Shown here: piece by piece, positions 42,813-53,040 of the stretch
Layout of the letters: the number at the start of each line of letters is the position of its first letter
Position numbering within the stretch: the first letter of the stretch is position 1
Source: a virus
Lineage: Duplodnaviria > Caudoviricetes
Virus record (IMG/VR): IMGVR_UViG_3300028833_005988
Location: 1 to 64,000 of that record
Strand: one strand, 5' to 3'
DNA length: 64,000 nucleotides
The notes under the pieces: model-generated
Told to the model about the DNA's origin: nothing
Database searches by the model: none
Seen by the model: the letters and a program-made list of their open reading frames with translations, nothing else
Translations under genes and position numbers: made by a program

Positions 42813-43370
42813 ATGACTGTATATGAGTTTCTGGTACACGCTTCGCAAACCTATTCTGCCGTCGTGGGCGGAGGAAAGACAGAAGATATTATGCTTGACC
42901 TGAAAAGCAGGAGCATCCGAAGCAGGAAACGCTTGATTCTCCAAAATGGAATCATCGTCCGGCCTGCCGTCTATTTGGAAAACGGCGAAAAGCTGGAGCT
43001 GAATGGTCTCATCGACTTTTCCGGCGATCCATACGCGGAGATCGAAAGGCTCTATGCTCAGTTCAAGCATTCCGTACCCAATCGCCATGTCCGGCTGAAC
43101 AAAGGATATTTCAAAGCGCTTTCCAGCGATTCGTTGACCATGCAGGAGTTGACGGATAACATGCCCCGTCCCCAGGCGCGACTGGAATTGGAGGGCTTTA
43201 TCCTTCTGGCTTCCGCTGCGGGGCTGATCCCGTGGCATGTGCCCGAGCATTTCTTCTGGCAAAGCGCGAATGATCCCGACTGCATCGTGTACCGGGAATG
43301 GATCATGGGAAAGGAGGAGGATGCGGTATGTAGGAGCGATCATGCCGGTGGCAGACCGACAGCAGCGTGA
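42813..43370 (+). CDS. Hypothetical protein immediately after the array (candidate RT partner)
   Basis: GGAGG RBS at about 42801 plus ATG; 185 aa. Confidence 0.75.
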   Translation: MTVYEFLVHASQTYSAVVGGGKTEDIMLDLKSRSIRSRKRLILQNGIIVRPAVYLENGEKLELNGLIDFSGDPYAEIERLYAQFKHSVPNRHVRLNKGYFKALSSDSLTMQELTDNMPRPQARLELEGFILLASAAGLIPWHVPEHFFWQSANDPDCIVYREWIMGKEEDAVCRSDHAGGRPTAA

Positions 43371-43419
43371 AAACAGAAGTATTCCAGTCAAACAAATGAG
43401 ACAATGAGGAGGAACACCC

Positions 43420-44313
43420 ATGAGCAAGAAACACCAGTACATTCTTCGAAAGAACGGCATCGACTCTGACCGGTATCTGTCCATGCGCATCGACAAGGAA
43501 AGCATCCCCGACGGCGCGGAGGTGGTGATCCAGATCAAGGACAAGGACACCGGCGAATTGCGCACCGTTCCCATGAGCATGGCCTTTGATGGCTATTTCG
43601 GGAAAAACTCCCGCTTCTATATGCAGGTCATGAACGACGGCCACGTGTTCAATCCCTATATCCACCGCCGCTTCCTTCCCGCCCAGTTCCAGCGGAACAT
43701 CCGGGCAGCCGGGTATAACGGCATCCACAATTATATGCGGGAGCAGTACAACTGGAACTATGTCGTGCGCTTCCTGAAGGAAGAGTGCGCGAAGCTGGCT
43801 ATGCTTCAGCGCCGTGACCCGGAAGCCTTCCAGGAACGCAGCCAATTCTTTACCCTGCACGATATGCAGAATATCTTCTGCGATTACTGCATGACGGTCA
43901 AAAATGTGCTGACCACGGCGGAAACCAATGTATACAGGAATCGCAGGCCGCTGCAGAGGAGAGAGGAAATGTGCGTGTTCATCAAAGGCATCGGTATAAT
44001 TCGGGCTGATCATATCCGTCCCATGAAGTACCGTTTTGATAAGTTTATCAGCGCTGTGCAGAATACCCATTCCTATAAGCAGCTTTCCGATTTGCTGGAG
44101 GGATTTGATTTCTGCAAGCTGGATCCGAAGATTCACTCCAATGACCTGTTTGCCCGCCGGTTCGTGGAATCCGGCGCGTTCTACACGCTCAAGCAGAAGA
44201 TCATGTTTGAGGGTTTTTCCCTGGGTGGCCGTGATGTGATGGACGACCTTCATCTGCTGAAGGAACGCGGGCGGAACGGTTATATGAACCTGTACCGCGC
44301 AGTCAATGCCTGA
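43420..44313 (+). CDS. Hypothetical protein
   Basis: GAGGAGG RBS; 297 aa. Confidence 0.75.
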   Translation: MSKKHQYILRKNGIDSDRYLSMRIDKESIPDGAEVVIQIKDKDTGELRTVPMSMAFDGYFGKNSRFYMQVMNDGHVFNPYIHRRFLPAQFQRNIRAAGYNGIHNYMREQYNWNYVVRFLKEECAKLAMLQRRDPEAFQERSQFFTLHDMQNIFCDYCMTVKNVLTTAETNVYRNRRPLQRREEMCVFIKGIGIIRADHIRPMKYRFDKFISAVQNTHSYKQLSDLLEGFDFCKLDPKIHSNDLFARRFVESGAFYTLKQKIMFEGFSLGGRDVMDDLHLLKERGRNGYMNLYRAVNA

Positions 44314-44370
44314 TGAATACATTGCTGCAGGGCTCTGCTTCGGCATCCCCGCAGCGAAAGGAGGGGTCAT

Positions 44371-44544
44371 ATGTACACGGTGATCTGGATCGACGCGCAT
44401 GGTAATGACCGGTGGGATCGGTGCGATTCCAGCGAGGAAGTGAACGCTCTGCTGGACAGGGAGGACGCCCGGAACGGCGATACCTGGATTTTCCTGCCCG
44501 ATGCGGACGACTGTGCCATCACCGGTATTGACTTTGACAGGTAA
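44371..44544 (+). CDS. Small acidic hypothetical protein
   Basis: GGAGG RBS plus ATG; 57 aa; below the track length cut-off. Confidence 0.55.
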   Translation: MYTVIWIDAHGNDRWDRCDSSEEVNALLDREDARNGDTWIFLPDADDCAITGIDFDR

Positions 44545-44549
44545 GTACC

Positions 44550-45035
44550 ATGCGAACCTATGAGATATGGGGCGTCATCGACGTCAACATGTATAACTCC
44601 CTGCTTTCTCCTGAGTTTACGCTGGAAACGGACGAGGATACTGAAATGAACGCGGAGCGGGAGCAGCTCTGGCAGCGGTTCGATGTAAAGAAATATGCTG
44701 ATCTCATACGTGACCGGGCAGTGATCGAACTGAAAGAACTGCTGAAACAACTCCCCAGCAATATGCGCGTTCGGTATGTGGAGGGAAGCGCGGAAATCTA
44801 TTCTCCGCCTTGGTACAACGATGGCGGCGACGAGTTGGTCTTCAAAATCCGGGCACTAAGCCGCCGTTCTCAGAAAGGGATGCAGCGGTATCTGGATCGG
44901 TTCTTTTCGGATGAATGGAACGCGGAGTTCGGCCCTGATTACCGCATCTATGAGTATATCCGTGAAAACATGGGGCTGGAAGACTTTCTGATAGAGGAGG
45001 ACGAGCATGTACAATCTCCTGACATGGAAGGATGA
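44550..45035 (+). CDS. Hypothetical protein
   Basis: Tightly packed co-oriented ORF. Confidence 0.7.
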   Translation: MRTYEIWGVIDVNMYNSLLSPEFTLETDEDTEMNAEREQLWQRFDVKKYADLIRDRAVIELKELLKQLPSNMRVRYVEGSAEIYSPPWYNDGGDELVFKIRALSRRSQKGMQRYLDRFFSDEWNAEFGPDYRIYEYIRENMGLEDFLIEEDEHVQSPDMEG

Positions 45036-45495
45036 AAACGGCGTTGTCACGACCCGTGCAACGAAGGCTAAGCTGACCGAACGGCTCTTCGTGTTGGAAT
45101 CCTTTCTCCAACAATTGACCGCTTATGAAATAAGCAAGTATCGGCTCGGCCAAACCGCACGCTTTCTGAAACATCCAGTGGGAACCGCGGATGAAAGCTA
45201 TTTCACTTTTTTCCGAAACCTGCTCAGCAAGGAAATCGCGCAGCACAAAGCTGTGCGGGACCGCATCCGCCGGATGTATGCAAGGCTGACGAAAGAGACG
45301 ATGGTGCAGCCGGGTGATTTCGAGCGGGAAACGATGCCGGTACGCCCTATCAATCAAGAACATGCCCGAAGGCTTATGAAAGTCCTGGAGGATAATGGCA
45401 TCGAAGCAGACGAATGCGAAACGGTGGCAGAAGCCATCTGCTTTGTGCTTGATCTGGATGCTTCCTTATTTCAGCAACAGGAGGTACGAACATGA
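45007..45495 (+). CDS. Hypothetical protein
   Basis: RBS; overlaps neighbours. Confidence 0.7.
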   Translation: MYNLLTWKDENGVVTTRATKAKLTERLFVLESFLQQLTAYEISKYRLGQTARFLKHPVGTADESYFTFFRNLLSKEIAQHKAVRDRIRRMYARLTKETMVQPGDFERETMPVRPINQEHARRLMKVLEDNGIEADECETVAEAICFVLDLDASLFQQQEVRT

Positions 45496-45863
45496 ATCAA
45501 AAGCCGATCCTGTTATCTCGTGAATGTATTCGTGACACACTGATGGTCAAACGGGAAAACCTGCTTCATGGGCTGGCGGGGAGTCTGTATGTGCTCAACA
45601 TTCAAACGCTGCGCAGGGGCCAGCTTGCACCCTATCGGGAGACGATGACGGCCAACCGCTACCTGAACCGCCAAGCGCTGAAACGCGCTGCGCCGGATAT
45701 CGTCATCACGGTACGAGGCGGTATGGTACAGGAGGTACGCTCTACCAATCCCTATGCCACCGTGTATATCGCGGATTATGACGTGGATTCTCCGGATGAA
45801 AACGCCACAACCGAGGATGCGGAGGAACGCGCTGCCTGGGGAGATATGCACGTCGTTTACTGA
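45492..45863 (+). CDS. Hypothetical protein
   Basis: ATGA overlap with the upstream gene. Confidence 0.7.
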   Translation: MNQKPILLSRECIRDTLMVKRENLLHGLAGSLYVLNIQTLRRGQLAPYRETMTANRYLNRQALKRAAPDIVITVRGGMVQEVRSTNPYATVYIADYDVDSPDENATTEDAEERAAWGDMHVVY

Positions 45864-45874
45864 GGAGGCAAGCC

Positions 45875-46090
45875 GTGGAAATCAAAAGCATCCAGAAGCT
45901 GCTGGCCATGAAACCCGGCCTGTACATCGGCGTGGATGATGAAGGCCGCAGGGTTGCCGTATCCAAGAACAGCACGGGCTTTCGTCTGCATGTGGAATCA
46001 GGAAATCAGCGGTATAAGGTTCTCCAGTTTGATCCGAATGGTACGCTGCTTTCCTCCAGCGATAAGGAAGTAAAGGGGGACGCGGTATGA
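45875..46090 (+). CDS. Hypothetical protein
   Basis: GAGGAGG RBS plus GTG. Confidence 0.6.
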   Translation: MEIKSIQKLLAMKPGLYIGVDDEGRRVAVSKNSTGFRLHVESGNQRYKVLQFDPNGTLLSSSDKEVKGDAV

Positions 46091-46503
46091 ATACGGATTA
46101 TCATGTGAAAGCTGCCCTGCCGGGCCAGGAAGAATTGTTTTATTCCGACAGCAGTCAGGAAGAAAACTGCATCGGCCACCTTCGCGGTGACTTTGGCCAT
46201 GGCGGTAACGAATTCTGGACATCCTGGTGGCCTCACGCGACAGAGCATAAGAAAACGACTGGTTTCCGGCAGGATTTCAACGAATTGGTAGGCTTTCTCC
46301 GGCAGGATTTACTCAAAAACCGCAGGGAGATGGCGCGCTATCTTCAAGCGTATCCCGGCCTGGTCTTGGCGTGCAGTGATAAAGGAACCATGGGTTATAC
46401 GGTGTCTAAATCCTCTTATCTTTTCTGTATCCGCTGTATGCCCGCTCCCGGTAACTATGATTTCTATATTTACGCTTATATGACAGAGGAGGCGATGCGG
46501 TGA
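46087..46503 (+). CDS. Hypothetical protein
   Basis: ATGA overlap; IGHLRGDFG...FWTSWW motif. Confidence 0.7.
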   Translation: MNTDYHVKAALPGQEELFYSDSSQEENCIGHLRGDFGHGGNEFWTSWWPHATEHKKTTGFRQDFNELVGFLRQDLLKNRREMARYLQAYPGLVLACSDKGTMGYTVSKSSYLFCIRCMPAPGNYDFYIYAYMTEEAMR

Positions 46504-46883
46504 GCAGGCAGATCCCGGTGACCTATGTTTCCGTTTGGGACAATGGCATGGCAATTCCGACCACCGCCCTTTTTGACGAAGAAACCGGCATCATCAGCGA
46601 TATTCAGCAGGCTGATCTGCCGGAAAGCGTACTGGAATCGCTGGACATCCTGGTAGATCAGTATGTGATGGTCCGAGACAAAAAGTATGAGCTCCAGGAA
46701 AATGGCGATGGCACTTTTACCGTCCTTCGGAACTATGGCGTGTTCTTCTCCCACAGCGGATATGCGGAGATCAAAGCGGTCTCTGCGGATGAGGCGATGC
46801 GGATTGCGGACGAAACCTTGAAGGTGGACGATGTTTCCTGGGATGAAGACTGGCATCCCACTAATGCGCAGTTGGAAGAATAA
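46500..46883 (+). CDS. Hypothetical protein
   Basis: GTGA overlap. Confidence 0.7.
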   Translation: MSRQIPVTYVSVWDNGMAIPTTALFDEETGIISDIQQADLPESVLESLDILVDQYVMVRDKKYELQENGDGTFTVLRNYGVFFSHSGYAEIKAVSADEAMRIADETLKVDDVSWDEDWHPTNAQLEE

Positions 46884-47135
46884 AAAGCTTTCACGCAAGG
46901 GAGGTGAAGTAATGATAATCAAGCTGCCCGTTTCCTGGGAAGTATGCGGCTTTGTGGAAGTGGAGGCCGACTCCATTGACGACGCGATGGATATTTTTCA
47001 AGAAACCTCCGATCACATCCCTCTTCCAACCGATTCGGAATATGTATATGGTTCCTTTGATCTGACCTGCTATGACCCGGAAAGCATTCAAGCCTACAAT
47101 CCCGGCGTGCCGCTGAGATCAAACGACGGGGAGGA

Positions 47136-47594
47136 ATGAGCATGGCAAATTACTATGGTATCACCCGCACGAACTATTTCCATGTAAAGGATGAAGCCGC
47201 TTTCCGGGATTTCATGTCTAAAGCGGTTGGTGATGAGGATGGCATCGACCTGTGGGACGATGAAAAGGACGATCATGGGAATACTCTCTTCGGTTTCGGC
47301 CTTTATGGCTGCATTGCCGGGATTCTTGTTCCTGTGTTGGATGATAATGGTGAAGACACCGGGGAAACGGAAAATAATTTTGACGCCTTCACTGATGGCC
47401 TTCAGCAGCATGTAGCTGAGGATGACGCCATTATCATTTTTGAAGCAGGACATGAAAAACTGCGCTATGTGGGCGGCGGAGCAACGATCATTACCGCTAA
47501 AGACATCATGTACATTGATCTCCAAACCGCCGCCTGCAAAAAAGCGGCGGAGCTTCTCCATAACGACAAATGGATGACCCGATGTGAAGAGTAA
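47136..47594 (+). CDS. Hypothetical protein
   Basis: ATGA overlap; acidic; MANY.G.TRTNYF.VKD start. Confidence 0.7.
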   Translation: MSMANYYGITRTNYFHVKDEAAFRDFMSKAVGDEDGIDLWDDEKDDHGNTLFGFGLYGCIAGILVPVLDDNGEDTGETENNFDAFTDGLQQHVAEDDAIIIFEAGHEKLRYVGGGATIITAKDIMYIDLQTAACKKAAELLHNDKWMTRCEE

Positions 47595-47744
47595 AAGGGG
47601 TGATTCCATGTTCCGTCCCCATGGGTATCTGACGAATCAGGGGTATATCGGCTTTCTGCCCGACGGCAGGCATATGCTCTTTTCCACGGAAAAAGAGTAC
47701 ATGGAATATCTTTCGGAAATCAATGAACAGGCGGCGTAAGGAGG

Positions 47745-48704
47745 ATGCGCATGGAGAAAACCTGGAAGTATATGAATCTTTCGCTCAACCCGGAAGAATT
47801 GCTCACCAAAGATGAACTGATCGAAATGATTCGGAACGGCGGCGGGACTGACGCAGCGCTTGCAGTACTGCGTGAAAAACAGCATGAACAGTACGGGAAC
47901 GAGCTGATCTGGCGTTATCCCATCAGCACGGGCGAATCGGCGGGTGGTTTCATTATGCCCGTGCGGAAAGGCATCCTCTGGATTCCGTATGATGAAATGG
48001 ATAAGGAGGAAGGAGAAATCCTCCTGGTGGACAATGCGGAATTGCTTTCCGAGGATGTCTGCGAAATCATGGCAGAGGATTATATGTCTTACGCAAAAGA
48101 ACTCTGCGATGTGCTGAACCAATCCGCTGCCATCACCCATCAGGTGCAGCTGGCTCAGATCGTCCGTGAAACGATGGAGCTGGGCTCCTTTGAAATGGTT
48201 TCCGGTAAGCTGGCTGTTTCTGATCCCTGCTATGATCCGGATGTGTGGTGCCGCGGAGAGCTCACCAATGCCGCGAATGGCATCTGGAATGCCTCAATCG
48301 TTACACATAACTGCGGAGAATGGGGGCAGCGCGTCGCCAAACTGACCATTGCACATGAATCGTATGATGAATCGCAGAACCTGACCCGGCAGAAAGCGCC
48401 CTTTGAGGTTGGCGTTGACAGCGGCCAGGCCGGGTTCTTTGATGTCGCGCACTATCAGGATTCCTCCGTCATTCCCGACGCGAAGCCTGTCCCTGCGGAC
48501 GATCCGTCCGAGCCGTGGTACCTATTTTGCTGCGATATTACGCTTTCATCCATTCGCGCCGGGGTACTGCCTTTTGGTGTGGTCTCCTCCAGCGGATACG
48601 GCGATGGCGGCTACGACTGCTTCTATTATACCAATGACGCCGGCGTCATCGTCAAGGCGGAAATCGTGTTTCTGCCGGAAGAAGAGGAGCTTTGCCATGA
48701 GTAA
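47745..48704 (+). CDS. Protein with a DUF4241-like C-terminal domain
   Basis: SGKLAVSDPCY, VGVDSGQAGFFD, SSGYGDGGY motifs. Confidence 0.65.
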   Translation: MRMEKTWKYMNLSLNPEELLTKDELIEMIRNGGGTDAALAVLREKQHEQYGNELIWRYPISTGESAGGFIMPVRKGILWIPYDEMDKEEGEILLVDNAELLSEDVCEIMAEDYMSYAKELCDVLNQSAAITHQVQLAQIVRETMELGSFEMVSGKLAVSDPCYDPDVWCRGELTNAANGIWNASIVTHNCGEWGQRVAKLTIAHESYDESQNLTRQKAPFEVGVDSGQAGFFDVAHYQDSSVIPDAKPVPADDPSEPWYLFCCDITLSSIRAGVLPFGVVSSSGYGDGGYDCFYYTNDAGVIVKAEIVFLPEEEELCHE

Positions 48705-48996
48705 TATCGTTTCAGTACAGTTTACCCGCTTTCAGGATCTGGACAGCGATGGAAACCCGGATGGAAAGCCTACCCTGGGCTACCGCATCTATGATGATTA
48801 CGGCGTTGACTATAACAACTGCTATGACTCCATCGAAGAAATGCACGAAGCCGGTCTGACGCCGGAGGGCATCTTCCGGTTCATTGACGAGAATCATGAT
48901 CCCTTCTGTATGACCGCACTGGAGCGCGGTGTACTCTTGAATGGGCAGTATATTTCGCCCAAGGAAACTGGGAATCAGGAGGTGCCGCCTTGCTGA
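48697..48996 (+). CDS. Hypothetical protein
   Basis: GAGGAG RBS plus ATG overlapping the upstream stop. Confidence 0.6.
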   Translation: MSNIVSVQFTRFQDLDSDGNPDGKPTLGYRIYDDYGVDYNNCYDSIEEMHEAGLTPEGIFRFIDENHDPFCMTALERGVLLNGQYISPKETGNQEVPPC

Positions 48997-49734
48997 CTGT
49001 GAAACAGTTGCTCTCGCTGTTCGATCCTAACAACGATCTGCAAATCAATCTGGTGAGAAATGATAACAGCACGGTATTCGTTCCCTTTTCACACTTTATG
49101 CTGGAACGAAAAGGCTTTGATTTTTACCTGAATGCCACAGTCAAAGCGCTGAAAATGGAGCAGCATGAAGTGGACGGAAGGGCAATCCCCCTGCTGATCA
49201 TTGAATGCCGATTTGGAAAGCACTGTCCATATGAAACGGGCGGAAGTGGACAATATGCCTGTTTATTATGCCGTTCAGGTTGAGCAAGCTCAGATGGACG
49301 TCATGGCTTTACCCTGTTGATCAAGCTGTATTCTATAGAAGGTGGCTGAACCGAAGATGAGATTAAACAGATCATGCCCACCTTCAAATTCTATGATGAA
49401 ATAAGAGAGCCGCTTCGAATTCATGAGATACTTGGGCAGAAAAAGTTAGCGATGGCTGGCAGGACGACGAAGATGGGAATCGCTACAAGGAAATTGAGTA
49501 TCAGATGACCACTCTGAAAAATCTATCTGTGTTGGTTTATTCTACGCCTGATATAACCAGTGACACTACAGAACCTCTTTGGAAGGACTCCATTGTGTTG
49601 TTTTCCGATGATCCAGCCGATATGACTGATAAAAAACAATACAAGGAGACATCGGTTCACACAAGCCCATGTCTCCATATTTTAGCAGAAAATAATCAAT
49701 GTATAAATAAAGAAATATTGAATCTGCGCCTTGG

Positions 49735-50292
49735 TTAAAAATCCTGCTTTACGTTTGTTGATAATAATACTGATGCAAGACGAAAGTGCTTTTTTTTACT
49801 CAATGGTCGACATTCAACAATTTGTACATAATCACCAATCCTTGCAACCTCATTTTCATCATGTACAAGATAGTTTTTTGATCTTTTAATTTGTTTATTA
49901 TACTTTGGATGGGTAAGGTAGTATCCGTTTTTCACCTTTATTGTCTTCTCCCCTGAAATATTTACAACAAGTCCTTCAAGCACTTTTCTCTTGTTTCTAA
50001 TCTTTAAAGTAAACTCTGCTCCTGGAAGAGGAAGAGTGGGTACATGAATTATCACTGAATGAAAGGCAAGATAATCAATCCATGTTTTTACCATGCGATC
50101 CAGTTCATAATATTCATTTTGAGAAAGCCTATCATATTGATTATAAAAACTTACTGTGTTAAAAAAATTAGCTATTTCGGGAACCATTATCTTTTTTCTA
50201 TCCTCGATGTTAAGGCTGACAAGCGATTTAGCCTTATGTAATAGACGTCTATGAATAAGGCTAAAATCTTTAAAACCCATAAAGCACCTCAC
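49735..50292 (-). CDS. Fusion protein: unknown N-terminal domain plus ribosomal uS17-like C-terminal domain
   Basis: RKVLEGLVV...KTIKV...HPKYNKQIKRSKNYLVHDENEVARIGDYVQIVECRPLSKKKHFRL matches the uS17 signature. Confidence 0.8.
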   Translation of the reverse strand: MRCFMGFKDFSLIHRRLLHKAKSLVSLNIEDRKKIMVPEIANFFNTVSFYNQYDRLSQNEYYELDRMVKTWIDYLAFHSVIIHVPTLPLPGAEFTLKIRNKRKVLEGLVVNISGEKTIKVKNGYYLTHPKYNKQIKRSKNYLVHDENEVARIGDYVQIVECRPLSKKKHFRLASVLLSTNVKQDF

Positions 50293-50999
50293 TTTACTCT
50301 TTGTTCTATTTCCGAAACAATACGAATATAAATATCCAATAAGGCCATTACAGCTCCATCAGAGTATGTCAACATATTGTCAACTGCATTCACATATAGT
50401 GGACGATTTTCAACAATAAAGTGAACGCTTTTAGCATCCCACAAATTCTTTGTATTATACTCTTCAATTGTATCAAAAAATTCGCAAAATCTTTGATGGA
50501 GGCTTAAAGCGTTATCAAGTGCGTTATTTATTGTTCGACAATGCAAAGACAGTTCACTGAAAATCCCTCCTTTGCTATTTAGCTCTTCATAATCAGCTTT
50601 TGTAGCTTTTCTTCTTTCGGAAATGGTTTTAAGTGTGTCTGTTGCCGTCTCTAAACGTTGCTCTATATCTGTTAAAGCTGACATCATTGTCGGTTCCTGA
50701 AATAATTGTTTTAAAGTACCAGGCGCAATGTTATCTTCAGGCTTTTGATGACCATTTCCGTCAGAAACAGTTTCATATAGTCTTAAAAATGGAGTGTGTA
50801 AAGAAGAATACACCATATGCAAATCTTTCCAGGCTTTAGCTGGATTTCTTATAAATATTAGAGATTGAAAAGTATTATTTATCTCCTGTATTTCCTTGCG
50901 ATTTGCGGATACTATTCTTTTATTTACAATATCAATTGTCTGCAGGGAGAATCCTAATATTGATGCAACTGAACCAACAGCGTTAATGAGCCCATTCAT
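50289..50999 (-). CDS. AT-rich helical hypothetical protein with a hydrophobic N-terminus
   Basis: GGAG RBS; 4-nt overlap couples it to the uS17-fusion gene. Confidence 0.75.
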   Translation of the reverse strand: MNGLINAVGSVASILGFSLQTIDIVNKRIVSANRKEIQEINNTFQSLIFIRNPAKAWKDLHMVYSSLHTPFLRLYETVSDGNGHQKPEDNIAPGTLKQLFQEPTMMSALTDIEQRLETATDTLKTISERRKATKADYEELNSKGGIFSELSLHCRTINNALDNALSLHQRFCEFFDTIEEYNTKNLWDAKSVHFIVENRPLYVNAVDNMLTYSDGAVMALLDIYIRIVSEIEQRVK

Positions 51000-51226
51000 A
51001 AAGGTCGTCTCCTTTTTTTATAGAAAAATTTGCTTTTCCGATTAATATAGTGCGAATAAATACAAAATGGCACTAAATTTGAAAAAAAAGAATTGATGGG
51101 AGTACATTTTGAGTACACTTTACATGCAAGCTACAAAAAACAGAGAAAACTGCAAATAAACAATCAAAATATGGCGGATGCACTATTTAATATGTGGGTA
51201 TCAGAAACATTTTTTGAGATGGAGGG

Positions 51227-51841
51227 ATGAATATGGGGAAACGGACAAGCTATGAGTTATTCGGCTGGGCACCTTCCGGCAGCGGGTTGCCCACCGATGA
51301 GAAAGAAGCATTGCAGGATCGCGTTATTGATCTTGGTTTTGAAGAATGGGCCAGCAACTGTGACGAGAGCGAAACCTATATTGTAGGTTTTTCCCATGAA
51401 AGCGATTATGCCTACAGTGAAATCCGTGAGGCGCTGTCCCAATATGCTATGCAGCACCCAGAATATCTGCTGGAGCTGCAATATGAGTGCGAGGATGATG
51501 AAGATCATCACCGCATTCGCTTTATGGACTCCGATATGGAAGAATACGATCAGATTTCCGTTTTTCCGCCCTTTACGCGGTTGACACATTCCAGCGAAAA
51601 CGATGAACTGCCTGTGTTGGCGTTTCATTTCGTCGAAATGGATGGAATGCCGGAAGCCCGTATCCTGGTGCTGACGGAACGGCGGCTGAAGGAACAGGAG
51701 ATCGGCGAGCTGGAGGATTCCATTTCATCATATATGGAGAGCACAGCAGCGGTTGACTATGAGCTAGCCGTTCGGGATGTGATGAACGCCACGGATATTG
51801 GCTACTGGCTGCTCACGCCGCAGACGACCTTTTATATCTGA
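51227..51841 (+). CDS. Acidic hypothetical protein
   Basis: GGAGGG RBS; 204 aa. Confidence 0.7.
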   Translation: MNMGKRTSYELFGWAPSGSGLPTDEKEALQDRVIDLGFEEWASNCDESETYIVGFSHESDYAYSEIREALSQYAMQHPEYLLELQYECEDDEDHHRIRFMDSDMEEYDQISVFPPFTRLTHSSENDELPVLAFHFVEMDGMPEARILVLTERRLKEQEIGELEDSISSYMESTAAVDYELAVRDVMNATDIGYWLLTPQTTFYI

Positions 51842-51859
51842 TTCCAGGGCGGGAGATAT

Positions 51860-52162
51860 ATGCGATGCAGCTGCGGCAGCACATGGTTTATCGGGCATCA
51901 GCTGATCCGGGCGGACGTGGTGGTGGATGGGAACGGCGAATTTCTGGAGAACTGTGAGCCATTTCTGGAAGCCGCCATCTATGACGCGGAAAAGCCTTAC
52001 GGCCCCTTTACCTGTACTGTGTGCGGAAAAGAGTATGAAGAACTGACGGTGGAAAAGGAGGCGTGCCATTGCTTCCGGAGAGCATCATTCCTTCACTATC
52101 GGGGAGCTTCCGATAAAGCCGGACTGACAATCACAGAAGGAGGGATCGCGCATGGGCGCTAA
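51860..52162 (+). CDS. Small Zn-ribbon protein
   Basis: CSCG...CTVCG motifs. Confidence 0.6.
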   Translation: MRCSCGSTWFIGHQLIRADVVVDGNGEFLENCEPFLEAAIYDAEKPYGPFTCTVCGKEYEELTVEKEACHCFRRASFLHYRGASDKAGLTITEGGIAHGR

Positions 52163-53021
52163 TGTGCATCAGATCGTCACGGATCGCATCCTGGAGGAAT
52201 TGAAAAAGGGCCAAATTCCCTGGAAGAAACCCTGGACAGGCGTGCGAACCGGCGCTTACAGCCGTTCGACAGGCAGACCGTATTCAGTGCTGAATCAGCT
52301 TCTGTTGTTCAAGCCTGGGGAATATCTCACTTTCAAACAGGCGATGGAAGCGGGTGGCAGCATCCGCAAGGGAGAAAAGGCCAGCTTTGTGGTCTTTTGG
52401 AAACCACTTCCTGTGAAGGAGACGAATAAGGACGGCAAGGAAGTCACGAAAATTGTTCCCCTGCTGCGTTACTACCATGTGTTTCACATCGATCAATGTG
52501 AAAATGTGAAGCCCAAATATACCGAACCCAAGCTGACCTTCGCCGATCCGATCAAAGAAGCCGAGGCCGTGTTGGCTGAATACAGCGGGCGTTCCGGCTG
52601 CCGGATCTATCACCAAAAGCAGGATCGCGCTTACTATTCTCCCGGACTGGACGAAATCCACTTGCCGTTGCGGGAACAGTTTCCCGATATCCGGGAATAT
52701 TATTCCACCGCTTTCCACGAATGCACCCACTCCACCGGCCATGAAAAGCGCCTGAACCGCCTGACTAAAGGCACATTCTTTGGAGACAGCGATTATTCCA
52801 AAGAGGAACTGGTGGCGGAGATCGGTTCCGCTATCCTGATGAACGATCTGGGCATTGAATCGCCCGCCACCTTCCACAACAGCGCCGCCTATATTCAGAA
52901 CTGGCTGTCGGCGCTTAAGAACGACAACCGCCTGATCGTTTCTGCCGCGGGCAAAGCGGAAAAGGCAGCCAGATTGATCCTGAATCTGGACACCGACGAA
53001 CAGCAGCAGGCAGCCGCCTAA
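52152..53021 (+). CDS. ardC: ArdC-family antirestriction / ssDNA-binding protein with a zincin-like domain
   Basis: VTDRILEELKKGQIPWKKPW, YSVLNQLLL, TFKQA, HECTHSTGH, YSKEELVAEIGSA. Confidence 0.85.
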   Translation: MGANVHQIVTDRILEELKKGQIPWKKPWTGVRTGAYSRSTGRPYSVLNQLLLFKPGEYLTFKQAMEAGGSIRKGEKASFVVFWKPLPVKETNKDGKEVTKIVPLLRYYHVFHIDQCENVKPKYTEPKLTFADPIKEAEAVLAEYSGRSGCRIYHQKQDRAYYSPGLDEIHLPLREQFPDIREYYSTAFHECTHSTGHEKRLNRLTKGTFFGDSDYSKEELVAEIGSAILMNDLGIESPATFHNSAAYIQNWLSALKNDNRLIVSAAGKAEKAARLILNLDTDEQQQAAA

Positions 53022-53040
53022 CTGAAGGGGATGATGAACA

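Noticed and set aside
49250-49510. Possible small gene upstream of the uS17-fusion insert
   Set aside because: Reading frame shifts repeatedly; probably a remnant disrupted by the insertion.
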